A DNA stretch of 64,000 bases, from the NCBI GenBank assembly GCA_030141605.1, contig JAQGDQ010002368.1, positions 744,001 through 808,000 on the forward strand, in the 5' to 3' direction. Under the pieces are notes generated by a model, which was given only the letters and a program-made list of their open reading frames with translations, did not search any database and was not told the origin of the DNA. A program made the position numbers and the translations under genes. The stretch comes from Tubiluchus corallicola (taxonomy: Eukaryota; Animalia; Priapulida). Positions 47,730-61,800 of this stretch are shown in pieces (positions within the stretch are counted from its first letter, which is position 1; every line of letters starts with the position of its first letter).

Positions 47730-50700
47730 GCCGTTGTCATGGTACCGAGTTAGGCCACCTTAACTTGGAAGTAATTCAGGTTGGTAAAATAGTTTACTGT
47801 TTAGTTTAGTTTAGTTTATTCTGAATAAGGCTACAGGAATGCAACAACATTGACAGCAGTAACTACATAAAACATTGGCTTAGCACTGATTCACTATGTA
47901 ACTGTCACTTACCTGATTTACCATTTGAATCTTGAATTCTTCCTGTTAGTATTACTATAAAGGAAGAGTATAATTATTAGACGCTCTATATATATTAAAC
48001 AGAATATAAAATGCTCCCGAATATCAGATGCATGCAACTAGAGTGCAAAAAATATAAGATGCATCACTGTTCAACAGTTAAGTCGTAAGGAGTGCCTGAA
48101 CTGAATTATGTACGTTAAATAAGTGTGTCAGAGTGGCATTAAAGCCTTTTTTCTTATTGCAAGTTTTTGGTTCAATTTTTTTTACTTTAAAGAGTAAACT
48201 TTATACTTTTTATTGTAAAAAGGCTTACTGTTGCTTACAGTTAACTGTGCTAATGCTGCTGAAGATATTGACCACAAATTGTTTTGCTGGATTCAGTGTG
48301 AAATAATTGTCAATTAAGCTTTTCTAGTTATTCACATATCCTGAATTTCCATTTTGTGAGGATCATTTTGATACCAAGCTCATCACTCTATGTTATTTCT
48401 ATGCTGAGATAATTCACATTGAAGATGAAGTGTAGGCTGCGCACTGAAAAACTTAATCTTGAGAAAATCGCTTTTAAAGTTAGCCATTGTTTTTTATCAC
48501 GTTTCTGCAAAACACTTAGCAACCGCACAAATGTTGGTTGCTATGGACTTTGCAAGAACACATTGAAGTTATGTTTTAATCCAGTAGATGGCACTTCCTG
48601 ATTAAGATCTGGGCTTCGCAACAAAAAAAACCCGAAGCAAAATGGCTGCTTCCACAAGCTACTATCAGAGTTTCAAAATACAAGTTTTTTACAATTGCAT
48701 TACTAGTTTCTAGCCAGAAAAGTGGATAGGGGTTTATAACATTAAATTTTTAGTACTTTTTGAACATTATCTTGATAATTTGATGCCAGAATATAAAAGT
48801 GCAATATATTTAACATTTGATTTTATAAAAAACAAAAAATTGATATTTGACCAAATTTTTAGTGCATTCTACTTTGAAGCGTCATAACGTAGTTTTAGTT
48901 ATGCCAACTTATTGACGATTTTGGTTTGCAAGCGCACTTATAATTCCTGCTGCTGACTACTGTTGGACTGTGTATATCACAGACTTAAATGCCTGCCCAG
49001 TGGGTTGGCTGATGGTTCTCGTGTTTGAAAAAATTTCAGAATTTTAGGGTTGAAAATTAAGAAGAAATTTATTGGAAAAATTAACAGTGGTTTTTATTCA
49101 TTATTTTATCATGTCTATAAGGATTCACAATCTGTATCTATTCAGTACTAGAAATTGATTTGCCAGAGCCATTGTTATTTGGCCTACGCAGTTAATAGAA
49201 TAGACCCTGAACAAAAACAGGAAAGTTATTATAGTGTCCCAAATAAAAAAAACTAGTGAAGCCTTGTACGTTCGCCCAGTAATAGCAACCGCACATCCCT
49301 ACTCTTGTACTTGTTCCAAGACAATTTTTTATCCATTATCTGACACAGCAGATGCTTGACATTAGGATGGAAGTTTCTTAAAATTCTGTTTTACTACATT
49401 TCTGCTTATTAGTGCTCACTGGTGAGCTTGGCTTATTGTTGGTGAGTAAAAACTTCTAAGGACTAACAAATTACCTAGATTGGCTGAATGAACATTCATT
49501 GTTTGAAAAGTAAATATTCGCATAGTACCTCTAACTAGTGAATGTCTTATTAAGTGACAAAGCAATTTAGAAAATAAAATGAGGATTTTCTTTCAAATTA
49601 CCTGCTTTCCTTTAACAAAATACCTCCCCCTGCCTTAACACCAGGTCACTACTATATTAATTAGTAATGCAGTGTGGTGCAGTCTCTTATTGAATGATTT
49701 GAGTGTTCTTGGCCAGTTAACAGCTTACTTCTCTCATACTTAATCCAGAATGCTGCTTTGCACATCTAGGCATGTTCATTGTTCAACATTCCATGGTTTA
49801 ATGGCAGACAAAAATATTTTTCTAGATTTATACTTAAGTGTTTATAAGTTCAGGTGCCTAGTATGAGTACATACAGGTAACTTAGTACAGTAGCACTAAA
49901 TATATACAGGTAAGGTATACATCACATAATTTATCATTGTGGAAATTACAGTATAATGTATACAAAGTGTGATATCTTCCATTAATTAAACTAAACATAG
50001 ATAATTTAGTACAGTACAGTAATTTAATTTAAAGAATGGAACCTGTTTTAGTTTTTTACAAATTCCATTTTGTCAGTTTATGAACTATTTGTATTAAATA
50101 TATGTCTATAAAACCATTTATTTCATTCTTGACTTCTTTGACTTCCTTGTCTTGAAATATAGAATAAAAATTAATTTAGCAGTACAAATTTTGTGGGATA
50201 AAAAATACTGTGAATTTTTCTGGAAGACTTTGAAAATTATATGTCTTTGGAAAAGTGTCAAAGTTGTTGTGGTTTCAGTTTTCCCAAGGTACGCCATATT
50301 GCCAGACTCTCGTGATGTATGTTGAACTTAAAATCAACTTTAAATAAAGATCATTATTACTCTGAACTAAAGTAAATGGTGTACCTGTGTAAATGAAATT
50401 ATTATTTTTCTGTAGGATTTTTCAAAATGGCCAGAAGAACCATTTGAGGAAATGGATAGCACACTGGCTGTACAGCAGGTATCAGAATAATTAATATTTT
50501 TGTTTGATTGTGATTAAAGTTTTTCTTTTTGCGGTTTGAGTATGAAAGCATGACGAATTGCTGTTTTCTGTGTTAAGCTTCTGGCTTTCACTTAAAGTTA
50601 AGTTTTCTGCTCGATATCGGGATGGTCCTATTTAAATTTTTGAAACAGTTTGTGATCCTCCGTTAGACGAGATTTAGAATTGTAAATTAATCACTAATTA

Positions 50701-53700
50701 TAAACCAAATCAAATTTTTTTTGCTGCATATTTGCATCTAAATCTGGGGGGTTGTTGCTGGAAACTATGCAATCTAAGTGCTCTAATACCAGCAATATAA
50801 ATTAGTATTAGTTACAGCATACAGCTGCATTTTATATTAAAATAAAGTACGAGCAAACAACGTTTGGTTGATGCTGGGTTAGCTTAAGAATTTGAAATTG
50901 TTACTATAGGATTTTCATATTAATATGTGCATATAAATGCTCGTTGAATACATAACAAACATTTTTCCAGTACCCATCAGTTACATGAAATTCTAATACT
51001 TTGTTGCTTTAGTTTGATTTACCTGTTTAATAAAGAAACATCAGCTAAGTGGAATTATATTGAATTTCTGATACTTCAACTATAATATTGTCTAGCTTAT
51101 TAATAATCAGTATATTGTCGGTCTATTATATAAGCATTTGAATATCCAGTAACAAAAACAGAACGAAGCAGCTTATTACAGAATTCATCGAGCATTATAA
51201 ACCTGTTTCTACATATGTAGTTTATCCAGCAAACAATACGAAAAGATCCTATGAACATAGCTGAAATTCTTACACCTCCAGAAGGTCAGGACGAAGGGGT
51301 GTGGAAATATGAACATCTTCGTCAATTTTGTTTAGAACTAAATGGACTGGCTGTAAAACTACAGGTACAGTGCTAATCTGAAGTCTATGAACTTAAGCTT
51401 ATATGACACCGTAATTTGAATGTTTATATAGCAGTTCTTTGCTTTCATTCAAAATTTTAAAGTAAGTGAGCATTTCACATGAACTTTGTGTAACTAGCGT
51501 GGATTTTTATTATAAATAATATGCATACGTTTAGTGACCATTATTTTCATTTTGATATTGTTTTATTCATTGAAAAAGGTAGAACATTTGAAAAATGGAA
51601 AGCTTATTCATTTTTACTAACCACTTTCTGACCTAGTGATTTGTATTAAATTTATAAAGCAATAAACCAAAAGATAATGGTACAACAAGAAATCTAATTT
51701 GTTGGTTTATTATTATTATTATTATTATTATTATTTATATATTGCTTAGCAAATGTTTACAATTGATTAAATTTACAAACATTAATATAAAATTCAATAA
51801 TTGATTACACTCCTTCTGTATTGAAGATTGTTACTACTTTTGTTATTAAGTATGGTAGTTTTGCTAACAACTCACTGACGCCTTTTTGTTGTTCTTAGGG
51901 TGAATGCCAGCCTGAAACTTGTACGCAAATGACAGCAACTGAACAATGGATTTTTCTCTGTGCTGCACACAAAACACCTAAAGAAGTGAGTTTATTTTTT
52001 TTTACCTGAAAATACTAGTCAATGGCAAATTATAAAAATAAATGGCTTTTTTTCCAATAATTTAAACTTCTAAACTGTGTATTATTTCAGAGTGACTTGC
52101 TGCTTTTTGAAAGTTTTGTTAAACAGAAAATTTGCTTTCAGTGTCCAGCAATTGATTACACTAGACACACACTAGATGGAGCTGCATGTTTGCTTAACAG
52201 CAACAAGTATTTCCCTAGCAGGTATTAATGCTTCTACTAATTGACAGTATTGACATTTACATAACAATCTGTAATAGTTTTTTTTTTGTGTATTTAATCT
52301 TATTGTTTTTTTTCACTTTTTACTGCATTCATTAGTTTCATTGTTTGTCTCTATATAATTAACCAGTGAAGTTAAAAATATTTTACTCTTTTACAATATT
52401 CGGCATTATGTAATTATGATGCGTCTTCCTGCACATTTTAATTTGTGTAATACTAGTGATAATTATTTTGAGGGTGTGAATGTTACATGTGTTTTTGCAG
52501 GGTCAGTATAAAAGAATCTTCAGTAGCAAAACTTGGTTCTGTATGTCGACGTGTGTACAGAATATTTTCCCATGCATATTTCCATCACAGAGAACTTTTT
52601 GATGAATTTGAGGTATGCCTTTTCCTTAGTATTTCTAGAATTTATTTTCCCCATCACCAATAAGTTTCTCATTTTATGGCTAACATACACAATATGTACC
52701 ACATTATTTAAGATTCAGTGTGTTTTCTTTAAGTGTTATCCAGTGTTTGGCTCTTGCCTAAATGACTTTGCTCCTGCTGAAAAGAAGTGCAAACAAATAA
52801 GAATGTTCGATAAGCAAGAACAACTTAACCACTAATAACAACCATTAAGTAGTTAAGCCTGGCACAGACAAATACATGTTTTCTATTTTCTTTGTACTAG
52901 CATTAGCTGTTTAGAGTACACGTAGAAAACATTTAACTGTTCTGGTGTTCCTCTCTGCATGGAAAACCTAAAAGCACAACAATGTGATGAGCCATTGCAT
53001 AGGCCTTGCTTTGCCAATGCCCATTCTCTTTGCTCAAGGTCGAGGATTTGAATCCAGGCCCTTCCAATTTCCATTGTCTTTTATTACATACTGCTATTGT
53101 ACACTCTAATAATTATGTCATTATATTTAAGTGCATTTAAGTAAGAATAAATTCATGAAAATTTGCCCATTCATTGTATGAATTAGCCTTATGTGTGTCA
53201 GGCAGTTTCATCTTGTAAATATTGATAACCAACACAGAGTTGTAAGTTAGCTAGTTATGTTAGGTGAGTAACAGTCTTTACTTTATTTTTACAAGGAAAG
53301 TGTAATTACAGTTTAAGTTACTTGACTGGAAAAGTAACTCTTTGTCAAAAAGATGTTACTCTTACCACATTACAAAAGTTTAAACAATTTAATCAAAGGT
53401 TTACTGTAAATTATAATAGATAAAATGTTTTTCTAGCCCAGTGTTGGCAGTAGGTTTTAAGATAAAAGTTGTTTAATTTGTTGCCTAAAAGTAGTTTTGC
53501 AAATGTTTTCATTTAAATTAAATGACACTTTACAAACACCATGCTTTGTATTTTACTGCTGGTTTGATGTTTACAGAACTCTTTGAATGAGTTTTTTCTG
53601 TTTAGAATGACACCCACTTATGTAAGAGGTTTACCATGTTTGTTACGAAATACAATCTGATGTCCAAGGACAACTTGATCGTTCCTATATTGGAAGATGA

Positions 53701-53734
53701 CACTGGGAACCAGCCAACAGAGAGTGAAGCTTGA
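47247..53734 (+). CDS. MOB4: MOB-like protein phocein (MOB kinase activator 4), 7 exons, 222 aa
   Basis: Exons 47247-47300 ([18 protein letters not shown]), 50416-50478, 51221-51364 ([19 protein letters not shown]), 51899-51985 ([22 protein letters not shown]), 52142-52221 ([27 protein letters not shown]), 52501-52612, 53606-53734 ([14 protein letters not shown]...ESEA*). Sum 669 nt. An in-frame upstream ATG exists at 47223. Confidence 0.97.
48419..48950. mobile_element. Probable diverged DNA-transposon relic in MOB4 intron 1
   Basis: Shares short motifs (gaaaatcgc, aaaatggctgc) with the Kolobok-like family; no clean TIR or TSD. Confidence 0.3.
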
Positions 53735-54919
53735 AGTGGTGAACAAGTTAGGGGCTTATTTAGGAATTCATATAAATTTCATTCTTAGTAAATTCCATTG
53801 CGAATTTTTATAGACTGGCTATTAAATTGATGTATAGTTTTGAACATAAGTTTTTTTTCTGTGTAACCTACTTTTTTTCTAAAAAGAACTTAGCATGTTA
53901 ATTCACTTTTAAAACTGTGTAAATATGTATTTATTATACATGCACTACGTACATTATACGTACATTATTTATTAATAGTTGTATTTTCTGAAGATAATGC
54001 TTTTGGTAATTTTCTGCTTTACTTCCTAGCTTTGATTATGGTGTTAAATACTTCAATGTCTCATTTCATTTTAGGGGACCTGATATTATTTTTAATGATC
54101 GAGACTAGATACTCATGTGTACTGCTATCAAGCATCTGCATATACTAAGAAATATTCAAAATGCAAATCTGTGCTTAAGTAGTTCATTGGCATTTGATGT
54201 AAGAAAAATATGTAATTCGTGACTAAATGTGTGTTTTCTTTATTGTAAGCAGCCTATCTGAATTAAATTCAGAGTTTAGTCTTAGTTGACCTGAGTGATC
54301 TCTGATATGTCTTCTAATCTAAAAAAAATTGGCTTATTTTTGCAATATTTCTGTCAAACCATCAACTGCAAACAAGGTAATTAATTTGTATTGTTTTTAT
54401 AATATCCTGGCTGCTCTGAAGAAAACGTAATTGTAAGATGATAACAAAATTTACAGTATGCTGTTGAAAATATCGGACTTGTATCTTCTCACTGGAGTTT
54501 GCATTGCTTTAACAATGAACGGAAAAGAACAGGACTCATAGCCAAGGTTTTTTAAGATTGTGCAACAATGTACACATTCTGCATGTAATTAACAGAAAAA
54601 CAAGATTCATTTCTTTTGCTTTGTTCTGGCATTAAAGTTCGCGACAACATTATGCATTGTAGTGCTGGGTTGTCCTAATTAACATAATTGTACCTTTGCA
54701 CTTCCGATTAAGTCGTCAATTATCAATTTTTACAGTTAGCGTTATCATAGCCCTTCCTATTGCATTTGACAGTTAATGCTGAATCAATCTTGTGTTGTGG
54801 ATCACAGGAGTGATTTCACTGTTGTATTTTGTATTTGAAAATCAATGTTAATAATTAGTTTTCAGTATAAATTAATATAAAATGTGCCACTGTTACTTTA
54901 TGTATATGATTGTGCTCTT

Positions 54920-55285
54920 AAGTTTAGTTTAGTTTATATATCGAATAGATTAGATTAGATTATGTTATCATAGCTTCACTTATATTATATTGTATCAGAG
55001 TAAATTACCTTTAATTAGGATGGATTCTAGAATAGACTAGACCAGATAATACTAGATTTTGTTAGATTAAACTAGACAAACTAGACTGGACTAAAATTGG
55101 TAGATTAGGCTAGACTAGGTTAGATTCCACTTTACTATGCCAGATGTCTGTGGTTGTGTATGTAGATCATATTGGGTTGAGTTAGATTAGAAAAATGAGG
55201 TCATCTGAAATGAGGTGAGGTGAACTGTGGTAAGATGAAATGAAGTGAGGTGAGTTGTGCTAAAGTAAAACAAAATGAGGTGATG
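54920..55285. repeat. Degenerate pentanucleotide tracts (TAGAT/TAGAC, then TGAGG/TGAAA)
   Basis: Direct reading. Confidence 0.7.
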
Positions 55286-55805
55286 CATCATTGCAATGTA
55301 TCATTACCAAAGCTACACGTCTTTGCTTATACTTTTCTGTTGACAAGTAAAGGAATCGGGTTTCCAGGTGGCTTCCTAGAGGCCATGTGAACTATGCATG
55401 GCTTTGGCCAAGCTACATGGTGATGGTTAAACTCACCTGAGCATGTAGCTGTCTGATCACATGTGATGGTTACAGCTTGTGAGCTGCTGTTATTGACGCA
55501 CCTGCAATTAGATTATTGCTTCGGGTGAAACGGAGCTGTGAAAAGCATGGCAGGTTTCTTGATAGATATGGCTTGACAGTAAGTATTTAAGTAGTTTCTT
55601 TAGGTTTGTCTTACTTTTTCATGCCAATTTATAAGTTTATCAAAATTTTAAGTGGCTTGGGAAATTAAATTCTGTGCACCAATTAAATAATTTAAAATAT
55701 TGTGTTTTAAAACATACTTTTCAGTTACTTTAATGTGAAATTCATATAACCCCGATGATCCTTCCGTATATTTTAGCTGGAACTGAAAAGAAATTTTTGC
55801 ACTGA

Positions 55806-58800
55806 ATGGCAAAAGTAGAAGATACTGCAGAGTTGATTAAGAATGAAGCTGACATTGGCAATGCTCCAGCTATTCAAGTGCATGGTTTTCCAGGAACAAA
55901 GGAAAGTCCTTCAAATAGGTCAGTTTGTTTGTGGTTGGGCAAATCATTACTTTACTTCTAGAACAAAATCATTTTTGAATTTCATAAGGTATTATTTTTC
56001 AAACTTTTTTAGCCAGTTGCGTAAATTTAGTCATCATGAATTTATTTTAGTATGTTATTAGTATGTAAGTATTGCCACTTAAGATTTTCAAGGCAGTAAA
56101 GTCAATAACTCTATAACACTGGTATTGTAACAGAAAGTTTTGCAATTTATTTAATAAACTTAACTAATATATATGCAGTGCTCATTCATCGCAATTTTCT
56201 AATATTTTCTAATTTCATGCTAGTATGTAGCATTCCTGTATTTATTTATGTCCATTATTCTCATCATTTTTAGAGGAATAGATAATCCCATTTTTTCCTT
56301 TGAAAATGTGGAGACGGGACGGACGGTAACAGTAAAAGAGGAAGCTGATGGGCACAGCAATAGCAATGGTTCTGTCAGCACTGTCCGGAGAGGGAGTAAT
56401 ATATCTGGTGGCATCAGTGGAGCTCACGACACATTAGCTGTACCTGGTTCTCAAGTCTCTCGTATGTATGCAGTTCAACACGAGCATTAAATTTGAAAAT
56501 GAAGACACATGAATTTCTGGTGAAAACGTAACTGGTAAAACAAAATCTTTTTCAAGATTATCTTTAGACATAATTTTAGTATTGATTCCACATTGGTCTA
56601 ACAAGCTAGAATTTGACTCCATTTGACTATAACCTATTATTTGTATAAAGTGGTGGATAGAAATACAAGCGTATGTGGTTCTTCAGAGACAAAATTCAAA
56701 TTCTTCAATAATACGTATTCCTAAGGCTATGCTGCTCTGAGATTCATTGCCTAAAAATTTTTTTAGTAGAATTTACTTTTTAAATAAATGATGTTTATAA
56801 AGACTAGTACTACTAGTGTTATTCAGTACTACGATAAAATTACTATTCTAAACAAACATGTTTTGAATTATATACAGTACAAAGGATTTTATTCTTTAAA
56901 GATACAAAATTTCATAAAAACTTTTTATATCTTTAAATCACAGTTTCCAAATCAACTTTAGATTGGGTTTTTAAGACAATTTTTGGCCACAATAATAGTC
57001 ATATTGTAGCATAATGGACAAATGATAATAATGTATACAGATAATTGTATTGCATGTCCTGTGGCTTGTGGCTTCATTCAACATTGTGCTTCTTTCTGAT
57101 GGATTACCATGGCAACTGGTATTGATCGTGCTCCAGAACCTGTTGCCTGGGCAATACTTGAAATCCAGCCCTAATGTGGTTTCATTAATCAATACCTGTT
57201 TGCGTTGGCATTGCCTAAGTTAACTTATCAGAACACTTAAGTGTAGATAATATTTGTTATTTCAAGTGGATTATACTCAAGACTGTAGAAGAAACAGAAA
57301 AATTATTCAGTGCAAAAAATTTTTATTTTGGAGGCTGTTTTGTTTGTCCAACAACTTATTTATTTGTTCTTCTATATATCCATTCTTTATTGCTGTTTGT
57401 TTGTTACACAAAGCAGTTGTCAAGCTGAATCACATTTTTGAAGCATAATAACTCAAAATATTAGTAATTTTAAACAAATAAATTTAAAACAGGGATTTTA
57501 ATGTACCTTACAAACAGCTGACTTTTTTAGCTTGTTAATTTGTGGTCTGTAAAAATATTATTGAGCGGCTTGGCAGCAAACTTACCTTTGAAAGAAGTGA
57601 AAAAATATGAAAGCTTCCAGAAAAAGTTGAAAAACTAGAGAGCTGCCTTTCCAGTTATTTCAGATCATTTCCTAGATGTGTAACTTTTGTTATATTACAG
57701 ATCTTTACAGTGTCAAACATATTCTATCAAATACGTACCTATAAATTTTCCAAGTCTGGAATGTGAATTTATAAAACAATATCCGCTTTTATACTTAAAA
57801 CATACCAAAATAAATAAGCTACTGCTAAAAAACCTCAGTCATAGGTATGGCATTTATATTATAAAACACTTACTAAGCACTTTGTAAAGCAGTGTACAGT
57901 GACGAAAAATGTCATCTATTTTTCATTTGTTTTCAGTTTTGAGACGTGGTAGTCAGGCATCTGTGACATCTTCTGGAAAGTCTGCAATTTCTGTATGGAA
58001 GCGCAAATCTCTTCGTGCCACTGTCAGCATCGATTCACTTTCAGCGGATCATACCCACAAGCAGTCGTGGAAATCTATCTCTAGGCTAGCTCGAAGTCGG
58101 TCTGCAGGCAGTACCCGTTCTTTAAAATCCTTATCATCAGTGTAAGTTTTCTGCATAATAATGTAAGGGTGTCAGGGAATAATTAGCCCCCAAGGAGAGG
58201 ATAACAATTGACATTACCATGACAAAGAGCATTAAATTAACTTATTTTAATATTTTTAGTATATATAGTACTGCTGCCCTTCGCATCTCTGAAGGCCATA
58301 AATAGGCAAGAGTACAATTCATTTTAGTTTTTCAATGAGAGTAGTGTCAAGATTCACTTCTTCAATAACTTGGTTGATTTTTAATTTTTGATAATAAAAA
58401 GTGGAATGAATTTTTAAAAATGGATTGAATGATGATTATTATTATTATGAATAGAATATGAAAAAATGTGTTTTTTTTGTACTTGCGCTTCCGCTTTAAT
58501 GTAGCAGGGCTATCATTTCCTGACATTCCGTATATCTTAATAAATGACATAAGCATGAAAGATAGCTGTTTTTAGCTTTCTTATGATTTACTTAATTACG
58601 ATTAATTGTTTTAGTCGTCTGTTTTTTGCCTTCTGAAACAGAACTTTTACATTATCATCCATGTTTGAAATGTTTAGATATTAGTTAATACTGCTGTCTA
58701 ACATGCTTATTTTATTGTTACTGGATATTTGCTCAAATATATATTTTTTTCGAATTGCTTGCTAAGAACGTTTGAAGCTTAACTTTCCATGCAAAAATGC

Positions 58801-61800
58801 ATTATGACTGCTTCTGCTGATGGTGGTTGTGGTGGTGGTGGTGGTGGTAGTGGTGGAGGTGGTGATGGTGGTAGTGGTGATGGTTTTAGTGGTGGTGGTG
58901 GTGATGATAATGATGATGATGATGATGATGATGACGATGATGATGATGATGCCATATAAGCTGTATTGATTTCCAGAACAAATGTATTCACTTTGTTTCA
59001 AACAATAGAGTATCAAACTATCAATCCGTAGTTTTGTAGTAATTCTTGTATAATTACATATCCTGATCAAGAAAATTTTAATTGTTCATTAACTTCATTA
59101 CATACCCATCTTAACAATTTGATTAAAATTAGGTATATTATTTATTAGAGCCCTAATTGTATATATTTTGAATGTTTTATAGAATTATATGTTTTAATTA
59201 AATTGGTTTGTAGCATTGGAGAGGAGAAAAGCGATGTAGTTCATGAACGCATTCGCAATCTCGTTAACGCATTTTCTGAGCGAGCATGGAGAATCAAAGA
59301 GAGAGTAGCACAACCACCAACTCCCACTGAATCAGACAGCGGGAGGTCAACACGTATGTTACTCAAAATTTTTAAGCTGCTAAAATCAATGTAATCAGCC
59401 ATACAATATTCTTTTGACTGCAGTACAACATTGTAAAATAGGATTTTCATTGCAGCTGAAGTTGAAACAAAGAAGCAGCCTCAACGTTTTGACTCTTTCA
59501 TAGAAGATACCCTACACAGACAGGAGGAGCCACTGTATGTGGACATATTAGGGCGAAAGTTAAAACTCCCTGGATTTTTACGGTGCAAAGTTCCTAAGAA
59601 ACTTGCCATAGATCCTCAAGGTAAAGACTTGAATAATAGTATGAATTTATGTTTGTTAATCAAATACCTCAAATATCACATCACATGAAATACTCCGTGA
59701 AACATTATCAGACTGTACTCGGGATATTGAAGTATCCATTCACTTTTTTGTGAAAATTAATTTTCTTTTGATTTTGTGCCTCTGGCTCTGTGAAAATAGA
59801 AAACCACCTCCTCGTTAAAAGTAATGCTAAGCTTTCCACGCTGTCCTACACTGGTGTATCAAGTGTGCAATCATATTGTATTTTTTCAGAGTGTTTTAGG
59901 TTCTTTAGCTGTTATTATCATCTGGATTTCTAAAATTTGTACTGTTAACAGGTAACATCCAATTTCTAATGTGTGGCCAAATCTTAATAATACAAGATTT
60001 TGATTGTTGAAATTACTAAACTTGGAATTACATAAAGCTTTTTGGGTGGCCCGATGTGTATATACTCAGGTAATGTGTTACGACACTGCTTGTTTCAGGT
60101 ACATGGTATCTAATGTGGTTGTTTCTGCTGACTTGTGCATACACATATAACTGTTGGAGTATGTTTTTACGGGCTTCGTTCCCATACGAGACTGAGAGCA
60201 ACCGGGCATATTGGCTAATCGCAGATTATATTTGTGATTTGCTGTATCTACTTGATATTGTTATCGTCAAATCTCATATCATATTCCTTGATGAAGGCAT
60301 ATTTGTGGTAAGTACAGTTTATTAGCTATAGTTCATACAACATATAACACTTTTCTTAAATACCTATATTGATCACATAATCTTTTCATTCATGCTTACT
60401 AGCAACCACAATGGACTTTAGCAATACTAACAAATAAACCGTTTCTCTGGCTTAATAGAATCTGAACAAGTGTTGTTTTAACAAGTGAGGCGCATTAGCA
60501 GATTTGTTACATTTTAAATTTTGAATTGTTTGCAAGATTAGATGTGTTAGTATGAATGAGAACTGTAGCTGCATCAATAACAGAAATGGAACACTATATT
60601 TTTCAATCATGTCACCACTTTCACAAAATAATTATTTATTTAGGATGATCGAAAGGCAATGGAAAAAAACTATGTGAAGACAACAAATTTCAAGGTATGA
60701 TTTTGTTAGAGATAGATGTTTCGGCAAGTGTAATTATATATCGATTGGCAATTTTGAGGCCATATTTATACCCTTTTAAGTTTTAAATAATTACACATTA
60801 GCGAAATGTCTTTAGTGCATAATTTTAGCAGACTTTATGAGCACTAGGATTCATCATCAATTAAGCTGTATTTTTATGTAGTTTTGTTACTATGTTGTTA
60901 TTGCTATAGCCATGTTTACTCACATTGACTGTACATTGTTTGTTGAATACTCTTGAATAAGTTCAAGTTACCCAATTTCAATATTTTGTACATATTTTAG
61001 TGTGATGTTGCGAGTCTGCTACCTTTGGATATCCTGTATTTGGCTGTGGGAGTGAAACCTATGCTTCGACTACCAAGATTACTTAAGGTTATTTTAGTTT
61101 AAAATACAGTAATTTGGTTATTTTAGTGTACATTTTCACAACTGTACATTTGCATTAGTGAAAAATTTATGTAGAAGAAGTGTAAAATGTGATAACACAC
61201 GGATATTTTTTTTCATATCATTTATTGTTTGTTATATTTCCCTTTTCATAGTTACTATCATTCTACTGGTATAGCAGTTTTGACAGAATGTAAGATTACG
61301 GTCTCCAGGATACTTTTAATACAGTTATGTTTCAGGTAGCACAGAAAAAATGTACAGGTTTAGAAAATACATTTAGTTTTGGCTGTAAAAATTACAAGTT
61401 TATAGCTTTGGTAGTCTTTTATTTATGACCAAAAACTTGTTTGTTAACAATTTAAATTTCTGAACAATGTCAGTTAATCAACAATTGAAAAACAACGTTG
61501 ATGTATAAAATGTGACAGATGCAACAAAACGAAAAAGAAATCAACCAGTTTGCAGCATGGTCTTCACAAAAATAAAGCACTCATAAGAGAAAGTGTATGT
61601 GGGTTGTACAGAGCAGTTTGATGCACGGAACAAAGACAAAAATTATTGAATGTTGTTGGAAGAAATGCTTCCACCAGTTTGCATTCTAAATGGCGGACAC
61701 ATGGAGCACTACAAAGATCTTTCTGGCATTTATTTTCTGACTTGTCTGTATTTTTCGAAAAATGTAAGGTGATGACCTAAGATTTTTGGCATTTATACAT

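Noticed and set aside
53030-53066. B-box-like GGATTCAAATCC on the minus strand
   Set aside because: No cloverleaf or clear A box; at most a SINE remnant, not a tRNA gene.
56971-57192. GC-richer ORF-like patch in CNGB intron 2
   Set aside because: No phase-compatible fit into the CNGB model and no recognisable product; retained only for its X-box-like motif.
58762-59070. Poly-I/T and poly-S/P ORFs
   Set aside because: Translations of the (GGT)n/(GAT)n microsatellite.
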